A DNA stretch of 64,000 nucleotides, from assembly GCA_964016885.1 (NCBI GenBank), contig OZ024740.1:36084001-36148000 (forward strand), written 5' to 3'. The notes beneath the pieces are model-generated. The model saw only the letters and a program-made list of their open reading frames with translations. It did not search any database and was not told the DNA's origin. Positions 1 to 11,047 of the stretch are shown here, one piece after another. The first letter of the stretch is position 1. Every line of letters starts with the position of its first letter. The position numbers were made by a program, and so were the translations under genes. The DNA comes from Eledone cirrhosa. Taxonomy: Eukaryota.

Positions 1-10
1 TTTTAGTTTT

Positions 11-41
<31 letters not shown>

Positions 42-207
42 TTTTTATTTTAACTTTAATTTTGTCCTTTAATATGAATGTATGTAAATTGCCATATTAT
101 TATATTATTATGATGGATGTCAACCCACTGTGGGTCAATATATACATATGTTTTTATATGTCTCTTGTGTTGAGAAGGAGATCAAGTATGTAAAAATCAC
201 TAAATAG

Positions 208-256
208 TTGCTCCGAAGAATCCAAACCTCGGTTTGGAGGAAACAATTGTAAGCAA
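208..256 (+). ncRNA. Minimal type I hammerhead ribozyme motif (core variant CCGAAGA), PLE-terminus type
   Basis: Stem I TTGCT/AGCAA; core CCGAAGA; stem II TCCAAAC/GTTTGGA; GAAA; palindromic stem III ACAATTGT; cleavage triplet GUA. Confidence 0.7.
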
Positions 257-460
257 ATAAATGATTTAAACTGAACTTTGATTCATGTAATTTCTATATA
301 ACTGCTCTGTAAAACAACTGATGTTATTACATTAAGCTATTTATCTTACTGGTAATAAGATAGTAATGAATTACTGTCTTTCACTATTTAGGGTTTAAAA
401 TAAAATATATATGACTATATAAGGTTTTATTATATATATAACCATAAATAGTATCCTTAA

Positions 461-568
<108 letters not shown>

Positions 569-666
569 GTGACTGTGAGTGTATGTGTGTGTTGGAGTAT
601 ATGGTAGATATCTCCTGCGAGTTTAATACCATTAGTTTTAAATATTCCATAATTAAAAGCAACTGA

Positions 667-856
667 TATTGATTGGCAGCATCGGTAGAGGGTCGGACGC
701 CATGCTTTGACGCATAGAGTTACGGCCCTTGCCATTCTAAGTTCAAATCCCGCCAATGTTAACTTTGCCTTTCATCCTTACGGAGTCGATAAAATAAAGT
801 ACCAGTAATACACTGGGTAATTGCTGGCCTTGTGCCAAAAGTAGAAACAATTATTA
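667..856 (+). mobile_element. tRNA-derived SINE with Meta/MESC-type central domain
   Basis: A-box-like TGGCAGCATCGG, B-box GTTCAAATCC, central CTTTGCCTTTCATCCTTACGGAGTCGATAAAATAAAGTACCAG, tail GGCCTTGTGCCAAAAGTAGAAACAATTATT; about 10 related copies in the window. Confidence 0.85.
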
Positions 857-1524
857 ATAAAGTTTCTTCAAACTCGAGACCAAAATAGAAATCAGAAATA
901 TCAAAATATAAAAAGGGTGGAGAATTTTAATGAAAAAAATTGTTAGAGAAAATCAGAAACACAATTTTATTGAAATTTGTCAAAATTCGTTTTGAATTCA
1001 ACAAAATATAATTTTAAATCCTCAATTTATAACTTTTTAAGACTAAGAAATTGTTTCATTTGAAAAATGTCAAAGAATTATATGGAAATTTTTTATGGGG
1101 CTAAAATCATTCTTCTATTTTGTTTTAATTAACACATTTTATTTCTTTTCGTTGAAATTGTGGATCGTTTCATAATATCTTTCTCAATGAATATCTTTCT
1201 AATATTGTTATGAATAGTCAATCAGACAAATATTTGCATCAATTTTACAAATAAACAAATTCTGGAGGTTATATTTTAGTTATTTAAGTTTCATTGTCAA
1301 ACAGACATCAACTTACATTCATCACAGCTAAAACATTTGACACCAGCCGTTTTAAATCTGCTGGTATGGTTTTATAGTAGAATCTGCAGGAATTTTAATG
1401 ATGATCCCTCGATTTATAAGTCTCTATGCATTTATGAACGAAATTAATTCTTAAATGGAATATGGCATCTCATCACCTTTTAATATTTAAAACTAATTGA
1501 AAGAAACATGCTTAAATCCATAAC

Positions 1525-1905
1525 CTACAAATACATCACTGCCAAGAGCACGACCGCGAACCTGCCGGAGAATGATCGGTATTTGGAGAGTTTGGCCTCC
1601 TCAGTCCGACGTGCAGCAGAACCTGGGTTAGTCACAGACTGCACCAGGTTGCGGCTGGAGAAAGTGTCGTTGCAAGTGACATCCCAGACAAGGGGTTTGC
1701 CACCGCGGAACGGGAAGATGGTCATACCGTCTGGCCTTTTGCCATCCCCTCGGTCCAGCCCCACCGGCTCGAACTGGTAGGGGAAGCCTGCAACGTCCAA
1801 GCCATGCTTAATGACCTCGTTGAAGGCAGCATGGCGTGGAAGGCGGCCGGCACTGTGGCGACAGGAAAGCGGATGGAGTCCGAAAGAGTCCACGGTGGAT
1901 CCACA
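1525..1905 (-). mobile_element. Fragment of an RLE-type (CRE-like) non-LTR retrotransposon, C-terminal knuckle and restriction-like endonuclease
   Basis: ORF 1525-1893: GLHPLSC..RH..FN..I..EPVGL.RGDGKRPDG.T..PF..GKPLVWDVTC.DT..AA..E..K..KY; GC-rich island in AT-rich DNA. Confidence 0.8.
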
Positions 1906-2003
1906 GCGACATTTATGTGGCTCGCACTAAAATGTTTAAGTTCATTATTCACACAATTAAATACCAAGAAATATTTTTTGAAAGAAAAGGAAAATGAGAA
2001 AAC

Positions 2004-2658
2004 GTGTAATGTGGTAAATAACATGTAATGTGGTAAATAACATGTAATGTGGTAAATAACATGTAATGTAGTAAATAACATGAAATGTGGTAAATAACAT
2101 GTAATGTAGTAAATAACATGTAGTGTAGTAAATAACATGTAATGTGGTGAATAACATGTATGTGATAAATAACATGTAATGTAGTAAATAACATGTAATG
2201 TGGTAAATAACATGTAATGTGGTAAATAACATGTAATGTAGTAAATAACATGTAGTGTAGTAAATAACATGTAATGTGGTAAATAACATGCTGTGTAGTA
2301 AATAACATGTAATGTAGTAAATAACATGTAATGTGGTAAATAACATGTAGTGTAGTAAATAACATGTAATGTGACAAATAACATGTAGTGTAGTAAATAA
2401 CAAGTAATGTAGTAAATAACATGTAATGTAGTAAATAACATGTAGTGAAGTAAATAACATGTAATGTGGTAAATAATATGTAGTGTAGTAAATAACATGT
2501 AATGTAGTAAATAATATGTAATGTAGTAAATAACATGTAATGTGGTAAATAACATGTAGTGTAATAGATAACATGCAATATAGTAAATAACGTGTGGTGT
2601 AGTAAATAACAAGTACTGTATTAAATAACATGTAGTGTGGTAAATAACATGTAATGTA
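2004..2658. repeat. 19-bp minisatellite (GTAATGTRGTAAATAACAT)n, about 34 copies
   Basis: Direct periodicity; it explains the spurious ORFs at 1722-2706. Confidence 0.95.
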
Positions 2659-2790
2659 GAAATGCTTTGTAGTATTTGTTCCGGCTTCTCTCCTCTCTGA
2701 GTTCAAATCCTGCCAAGGTCAACTTTGCCCTTCGCCATTTAGAGGTCAATAATAAAAAAAGGCCCAGTCAAGTACTGAGGTGGATTCTTC
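2659..2790 (+). mobile_element. Degenerate Meta/MESC-type SINE
   Basis: GAGTTCAAATCCTGCCAAGGTCAACTTTGCC.. matches the other copies; followed by (CT)n at 2812-2887. Confidence 0.6.
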
Positions 2791-2807
2791 CTCTATATCT
2801 CTTTTTC

Positions 2808-2889
<82 letters not shown>

Positions 2890-3146
2890 CTTCCCTGGAA
2901 GAAATCTGCTGTGTGCTGACCTGGAGAGTTATGGGCTCCGCCAGGATTAAAGTACCCAAGAAACTTTGTATGTCAATTGGCGCCCCTACGACTCCCCCAA
3001 GAGTTAGGAAACCATGCCTTCATTATCTATATTACATAGTATATATCATAAATATCATATGGCATATATTATCTAGATCATTTTGTATGTATTACTTATA
3101 ATATCTATAATATATAGTATATACTATGTATATCATATAGTATATA

Positions 3147-3324
3147 GGGCGGTGGATTGGCAGTATAGTTACGTCCCTTTACGGCATAGTTACGTCACTT
3201 TATGGTCAGAGTTCAAATCCCGCCGAGGTTAACTTGGCCTTTCATCCTTACGGGGTCGATAAAATAAAGTACCAGTAATTCACTGGAATAATTGCTGGCC
3301 TTGTGCCAAAAGTAGAAACAATTA
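3147..3324 (+). mobile_element. Meta/MESC-type tRNA SINE
   Basis: High similarity to 667-856. Confidence 0.85.
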
Positions 3325-3502
3325 TAGAGTATATATTATCGATATTATATAGAATATATTGCCTACACTATATACTTAGGGAATACTATCTATGTTATAT
3401 TGTATATATTACCGTGAGTATATCTTTTAATGGGTGTTAATTTTTAACGTATCGTCAGTATTTATACGCGAAATGGTGGAATACAAACGAAATATTCTAA
3501 CT

Positions 3503-3691
3503 AATAATTGTTTCTACTTTTGGCACAAGGCCAGCAATTATCCCAGTGTATTACTGGTACTTTATTTTATCGACCCTGTAAGGATGAAAGGCAAAGTTAA
3601 CCTCGGCGGTATTTGAATTCAGATCATAAAGGGAGCCAACTCTATGCTTCAAAGCATGGCGTCCGACCCTCTACCGATATCGCCAATCCAT
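3503..3691 (-). mobile_element. Meta/MESC-type tRNA SINE, inverted relative to 3147-3324
   Basis: Reverse complement matches 667-856. Confidence 0.85.
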
Positions 3692-3744
3692 ATTCTAACT
3701 AATAATGCTAAAGGAAAACAAGAATGCCGTCGATATATATATAT

Positions 3745-3827
3745 AGTTTTAATATAGATGAGATTCTACAGGACTAGAACTGTTTCATTCTTTAGAAATC
3801 ATTTAGAATCTCATCTATATTAAAACT
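3745..3827 (-). mobile_element. Fold-back PLE terminus remnant with decayed hammerhead
   Basis: 24-bp inverted repeat around a minus-strand ..ATGATTTCTAAAGAATGAAACAGTTCTAGTCCTGTAGAATC; same family as 17904-17952 and 35355-35475. Confidence 0.55.
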
Positions 3828-3893
3828 TTTATACTCTGCAATGTATTGAGTACCTTACTTACTGTGGTTACCTCCGATTCAACCCGGAATAAC

Positions 3894-3958
<65 letters not shown>

Positions 3959-3960
<2 letters not shown>

Positions 3961-4727
3961 AAATTAAGATAGATTAAATGAATTTAATCTAAATCGAAAT
4001 TGTGGGTGTCATGCCATATCGCCTGGAAATAAGCTCAAAGATAGGTCCGAGCATTTTATAATAACTAGAAATTGATTAACATATATATATACATGAATAA
4101 TCACAGGAGATAATTTTTATAAGCGTGTAACCACGCATGGCTAGTGGGTAACAAATAAATAAAGTTGACTACAACTTCAAAAATAGATACCTTTTAATAT
4201 GATTAATCTTCCCTGTATATATTCCATTAAAGAAATATATTTCACCAATTAATCAGATGGTAAGTCACGGAAAGTGGATCTTATTGGATTATCAACAAGG
4301 AAGAATAATGTCCAGCAATCCATGCTCACACAGCGAGTTCAAATCCACATCTGGCCGCTACCACGTGTTGTGTCTACACATCACAGCAGCTTCGTTTCAG
4401 TGGCGTGAATAGGTATTCGACAACTAGAAATAGCAGTCAAATTCCCTTCAACAGAAATAGCTCTACAATTAAGGAGCCGTATTTATATATCTATATCCAA
4501 AATTAAGATAAATTAAATGAATTTAATCTAAATCGAAATTGTGGGTGTCATGCCATAACGGCGTGCGCCATACATATCGCCTGGAAATAAGCTCAAAGAT
4601 AGGTCCGAGCATTTTATAATAACTAGAAATTGATTAACATATATATATATACATGAATAATCACAGGAGATAATTTTTACAAGCGTGTAACCACGCATGG
4701 CTAGTGGGTAACAAATAAATAAAGTTG
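3959..4727. mobile_element. Non-coding 539-bp unit plus a partial tandem copy, abutting (TA)n
   Basis: The unit start (3959 onward) is repeated at 4498-4727, where the second copy has a ~19-bp insertion; the unit ends AGCTCTACAATTAAGGAGC. Confidence 0.6.
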
Positions 4728-4970
4728 TTGTTTCTGAGTATGTTATTATTGTTGATGTGTGTGTTGTTGTTATTGTTGTTTGTGTCTGTGTGTCTGTTGT
4801 TGTTGGGATGTGTGTTGTATATGTGTGTGCGTATGTTGTTACTTTTGTTTTTGTTTTTGAGGCTCCAACGTAATTTTGTAAATGATTTTTCTATTTCTGA
4901 CAAACAACTAATCATATTTACCTTATTGAATGATCTAAACTTAGAAATATTATAGAACAGTGTAGCAAGA

Positions 4971-7130
4971 AGCATAATAGAATGGATGCCCAGCAACTGG
5001 GAGAAAAATCTGCAAATGGCTTGCGTAAGCTCATGCAGCGCTCGCGTAATGGAGAGATAGCATGCTTTCCAACAGACAAGTCTGGCAGAATGTCGGTTGA
5101 CAGTCTGCCAAACTACATCCAGACAATGCAACCCCACATCACTAACACAAGAGAAGTAACACCACAAGAGCATGAGGATAGAGAAAAAGCCCTCAATGCC
5201 CATATGGTGATGTGGACAAATATAATGCAGCCCAACAAAAGGACTGCCAACAACTTCCAGGCCTGGAACAATGACGTGCCAGCGTTGTATGGGCTTCGAA
5301 AAGACCATAAAACGGGCAGTAACCCTGTCACGGGACCACCAACACGGCCAGTCTGTGGAGCTAACATTGCTAGTAACTACAGACTGTCCTACTTCCTCTC
5401 CCTGATCATACGCCCCATCATTGAAATGTCCCCAGATGTATGTGACAGCACGGAGGACCTCCTCGGCAGAATCGGCGAGAGTAACCGATCTAGGGACCTA
5501 ACAAACTGCATAATAGGTAGTATGGATGTTGTGTCCCTGTATCCATCTATTGACGTGGATTTTGCTGTCGAGAAATGCGTAGAAATGATCAATGAGAGCA
5601 ATGTTGAGTTCCGTGGGATTGATACCAGTGAGCTGGGACTCCTACTTAAACTTGCCTATAGTAATAATTACCTTGACACATACGACCTTAGCAGCCTGTG
5701 CCCTACAAGACCAGCAAGAGGCAGACCACCTACCATTACCTCAATGGCCAAGAAAACCCACAGAGATAGATGGAATGGGTGGACCAGAGCCATACGGACC
5801 CCCCAAAACCACGATGAACTAAAGAAAATGATTGCACATGCGGTGGGCGCCAGCATAAAATTAACCCTTAAGGAACATATGTTCAAATTTAATGGAAAAA
5901 AATATGCCCAAGAGGAAGTGGCAGCCATTGGGGTTAGCATTGCAGGCGACATAGCTAACTTATTCATGGTATGGTGGGACAGTAGACTTAAACTTAAACT
6001 TAAAGAACAATTAGACGACCCCTTAACCCTGATAATGTACTCCCGCTACGTTGATGATATAAACATCGTAGTTAAAACACCCCCACTAGAGAACAGTCAG
6101 GAATTAGAGAAAAACACAATGGAAAGCATCCAGCAAATAGCTAACTCCATCCCCCAGAGTATTAGAGTTACTATAGACTACCCAAGTAAACACCCCAACC
6201 ATCGATTACCTGTACTAGACACAGAGTTCTGGTTAGATACCATTAATAACAAAAAACAAATCCTCCATGACTTCCAAATATCTGATCCACCGAAACTCAG
6301 CTGTTTCGGACCATACCAAAATCAACATACTGATTGCGGATTTGGTACGGGTGATGAGAAACGTGTCCCGCATGTGCAACCCCGAAGAACTAGAGAGACA
6401 CATACAACACTTCATCCACCGTATGCAGTTCTCTGGTTACAATCAGAGAGATAAAATCAGAGTGTACAGAGGAGCCAGAACCAAATGGGAAAAAATGGTA
6501 AATAATGACACAAATGGGACCTGCCCCTTGTATAAGAGCAAATTTTGGAATAGAATAGAAAGAACTAGGAATAAGGTTAATAGAATAAACTCATGGTATG
6601 ATAGCAATAAATACTAGAGTGTAATGTTCATCAATACAACCCCTAGAGGTGAATTAGCTTACAAATTTAGAAGGGCCTTAGATAAACATAAACTCAATAT
6701 TAAGATAGTAGAAAGACCAGGTACCTCCATAAAAACACTTATTAGCAAGACATACCCTTTTCAAAGACCCCCATATTTAGATAAGAAATGTATAACCTGT
6801 AAATTAAGCCCCCATATTAACTGTAAAACTAGAAATGTAGTATATAGCATCAGATGTACTGAAGGACAATGTATTGATAAAAATATAGTGTACATAGGTG
6901 AGCCAGCTCGTAGTATAGAGGAACGGATAAATGAACACTGGCGAGACCTTCAAGATAGTAAAGAATCATCTGTTCTCTACCAACATGCTAAAATAGAACA
7001 TAAGGGTAAATTAGAGAACATAGAAATAAAAATAGAATCTACACACAGAAAAGACGCAATGTTTAGACAAATCACAGAGGCAATAAACATAAAAGAATTA
7101 CAACCAAAATTAAATAGAAAACATGATTAG
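4971..7130 (+). pseudogene. Disrupted PLE RT-GIY-YIG polyprotein
   Basis: ORF pieces 4982-6454, 6267-6617 and 6624-7130; a frameshifting deletion near 6266 removes THYAKP (present in family C); in-frame TAG at 6615-6617. Confidence 0.88.
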
Positions 7131-7358
7131 AACAGCAACATCACAACTTACAATTAAGGACAAAATGAAAACACACACGCACATAGAACAAACAACCAAC
7201 CCGTAACATGTAAATAAACAAATAAATAAACGAATATAAACACACACAGACACCCGGATGTGGCGCATGCGCAGACTGAGCACACAACGCACACACAAAA
7301 ACAAGATGGCGTAGGACAGAACAAAGGAGAGGCACAAAAACAAAGAAAAGAATCCCCA

Positions 7359-7401
7359 GTAACTGATGAGGTCACAGAATGTGTGACGAAAGAACTTTGA
7401 C
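7359..7401 (+). ncRNA. Hammerhead-like motif in the family A pseudo-LTR
   Basis: CTGATGA, stem II GTCACA/TGTGAC, GAAA; stems I and III are weak. Confidence 0.55.
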
Positions 7402-7629
7402 AATATATAAACAACCATCTGGTTGTGGAACCAACCAACCAACCGGAAATTTATAAATTCCTAAATTTATAAATTTATTATAATAAATTGAAGTGAAAGC
7501 ACACTGGTGCGTGTGTTTCTTATTGGCAACATGACCCTCCCGAAGTATCACTCCACCACCACCACCACAAAACACAACTCCATACTTCATCAACACCGAC
7601 AAAACATACCTCCACTCCCCAACCAACAA

Positions 7630-8395
7630 TAGTGTGTGTGTCTGTGTGTAAGTATTTTACTCATACGGGCGTTTTAAGTGTGCGTGCGTGTACGCAAATT
7701 TATCTGTATGTGTGTGTATGTGAACACATGTATATACATATGTCTATGTGTGTGTATATATATATCTGTATATATATATATATGTGTATGTGTATGCATA
7801 TGTGTATGTGTGTGTATATATGTATGTGTATGTATGTGTGTGTATGTGTACGCCTACATATATGTATATGGGTAAATCTGACTGTATGTGTAGGTGAGCT
7901 CATATATGTGCATGTATGTGTATATGTGCGTGTATGTGTGTGTTGTCGGTACATGTGTGTGTATATATATATATATGTGTGTATATATATGTGTGAATAT
8001 ACGTGTGTGCGAGTGTGTATGTGTATATATTGCATACATGAGTGTGAGTCCGTGTGCCCATACCCATGTGTATGTATGTGTATGTATATATGTAAAACAC
8101 CTTCTACATCGCCTCTCACCTTCCCCCCATCTCTGTCGTTCGCCACCCCCACCGATACTCCCCCACTCTCCATATTCGTGCCCGCATGCGCGCATGCACA
8201 TACATGTGTGTACATATACATATGGCTGTGTGTGAGCGTATGCCGATATGTGTGGGCAAGGATGTGCGTATGTGTCTTATGTTGTGTGTGTTTATACAAC
8301 AATATATGTGCACATATATACATATATACATATATGCGTATACGTATATACAAGGTATCTGTCAGACGAAGAGCGTCTAACTATGTATCTATGTA
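7630..8395. repeat. Degenerate (TG/TA)n simple-sequence tract
   Basis: Direct inspection. Confidence 0.85.
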
Positions 8396-9148
8396 AGGAC
8401 CTGACGCCACCAATACATCCACCACACCACCAAAAACGCCGCTACCATAGACAAAGGCACCACTACCACACCCCCACCCACATGCCAACCCATCTACTGA
8501 CAATCCACTAACCTCACACCACAGCCCATCCCACTAAATAACCTTAACCACCGCCATATCTTCACATCCACCCCCACATTCTCTACACGCCAAGGCCAAC
8601 CCACCACCACCACACCACAGCCCACCTCATCCACAGACCCTCACCAACATCTCACCATCACACCCACCCCATATACACTACAGGCCAGTACATCGCCTTG
8701 ATCCTTCTCACCAATCAAAACATCTCATTTTGTTAAACTCTTGAAACTCTGACTTTACCACATAGCATGTATTTCATTTTCTTATAGCATTTTAAGAGGG
8801 TCCGTCGAGCTGCCGATTATTGAGTCGGGTAGGATCGATGTAGATCGAACCTTGAGCTGATCAGTGGCGAAACGCGCGTCACCTATCAATAAATGCAATG
8901 AAGGAATAATCAATCGTCCTTTTTATCCTTTCTATATATATTCTCTGCTCTTTACTTCTGCTACGGTTTTTATTTTGCTGATTCTACGTTCTGTACTCTT
9001 GTATATTTATTTTTTTTCTCCCTTACCCCACCCCCTTATATTTCACCTTTTCCTATGTCCCCCCCCCCCCCCATATATTCTTTTTGCCTTGCCCTTCACA
9101 TACCTATGTGTATGTGTATGTGTATGTATATTTGTGTATATATATATA

Positions 9149-9212
<64 letters not shown>

Positions 9213-10440
9213 AAAGTTTTATTTAAAATTGTTGGGTTACAACAAGTAAATATTTTATAACTGATATAAAGCACTCAACAAGTTTTGGAGTAGATATACG
9301 ATATTAAACAAATGGAAACTATATTTATAAAACCATATTTATTTCATTATACATATTTCGGGGATATCATATTAAAAATATGGCATGCCTTCTTCAGATA
9401 AAATACAATATATAAACAGTTTTATAAATAATTTTGACGTACCATAAATATTGATCAACTTTTATGTAAGAAGTTGGTTTGGTAGTGAAATGTTTATAAA
9501 TATTTAGTGTTAAGCACAGTTAAAAAGAAAGACGGAGAAAAAGAAGAGATGTATGTAAAGAAAAACAGAGAGAAATAGAGAGAGATAGGGGAGAGAGAAA
9601 TAGTGAGGAGGTGAAAAAAGAGAGGCAGCTGAGGCAACAGATGAATAATAATAATTCATCATACAAATTGAGAGATTTAGGAGGGAGGGAGTACTGTACT
9701 TATTTAGTTATAGTGTTAAGGAGACGGAGAGAAATAAAAAATGAAGAGAAAACAGAGAGAGAGAGAAAGATAGAGGTGGGGGGAAAAAGAGGTAGACCAA
9801 ATAATAATAATTATTATATATGGGGAGGTGAGAGAAATAGGAGAGAAGTAAGAGAGAAAACAAGAGAGAAACTGGAGAGGTAAAGTTAAAATAACCGATA
9901 CTTAGACTTCATCACATATAAAGAGGGAGGAGAAGAAAGAACTATATCTAGAGAGAGGGATGATAGATTTACATCTTTACGTTATGTCCTATCAATTTGA
10001 ATTATCAATTCATATGAATTGGGTATTATAATGTAAATATCAATATTCATGAATGACACATAGATATATAATGTGGGAAAAATAATGACCATATGTTTAG
10101 TTTAAAATTCTGAGGTCGATGTACCAAAAACTGAGATAAAACTTCAAAAAATACGGAAATAAATAAGTATATATGTACTTTCCGGAAAAGGAAAGAAAGA
10201 GAAAAAGAGAAGGTCATCTCAAGTTCTAGTTGATACTATATACATACCCATGATCATACGTGATCAACTCTGTAATTTCTTGTTTCACAGAAAAAAAATG
10301 TTTCCCTTGTGTTATAAAAGATTTTACTATATATATATATATACATAAAAAATATATATTAATACTCCTGCCCTCACATACATGATTATCGTTCATGTAT
10401 AGAATATTATGCATATCTGTAACATATCCAGAGCTATACC

Positions 10441-10484
<44 letters not shown>

Positions 10485-10569
10485 CACACATATATGTGTA
10501 CATGGACAGATAAAGTAAGCAGATAAAATAAAATATACTCTGTAATCATTCCATATTCATATTAATACA

Positions 10570-10825
10570 TATGGCTTTTGTACAGAGACAACCAGATATT
10601 AATATATCAGCACAGAGATATCAAAACGTTAAAAATATTTTCATCACTCCCTAGAGTATCTAGGGCCGTAAAAAACACAGTATGCACCCCATATCAACCA
10701 CAGAAATCTACCCTTCCAATTTATCTGACAATATATTGCCAAGTTCATTAGAAGCAATCAGAATCAAAAAGCAAACAAAAAACCAAAAATTATTCAACAA
10801 AACTTATTTAGCAGAAATCATTTAA
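10570..10825 (+). pseudogene. Highly decayed GIY-YIG-like endonuclease remnant
   Basis: Across frames: ETTR, YQHRDIK, PHINH, SLEAIRIKK..LFNK, resembling a PLE endonuclease C-terminus. Confidence 0.35.
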
Positions 10826-11047
10826 AAGATTTAGGAGACCCTGTTGTTCTACAGATGCTCTTATATTTAGTATAGAAGTTTATCTAGCGTAAAATTTATT
10901 CAATAGATTGGGAGCATCTACATTTTAGGGTAGTTTAATTACATCATTAGTATATATTTATGAAGAAGGTTTAAAAGAAAATGTTGAAGGAATCGAAAGA
11001 TTTATCGTCAGGTTTCATACATTAATTAAATATCTTAACTAATTATA

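Larger units (their letters stand above)
4724..7630 (+). mobile_element. Penelope-like element (family A): 5' inversion, RT, C-terminal GIY-YIG, pseudo-LTR
   Basis: Motifs TDKSG, LYGLRKDHK, RPVCGA, DVVSLYPSI, RYVDD (6047-6058), LPVLD, CxxC..C..NVVYSIRC..YIGE; hammerhead-like motif in the 3' region. Confidence 0.92.

Noticed and set aside
1722-2706. Three overlapping 209-296 aa ORFs
   Set aside because: They are produced by the 19-bp minisatellite.
8825-8890. GAAACGCGCGTC resembling a PLE hammerhead 3' half
   Set aside because: No correctly placed CUGANGA; at best a decayed relic.
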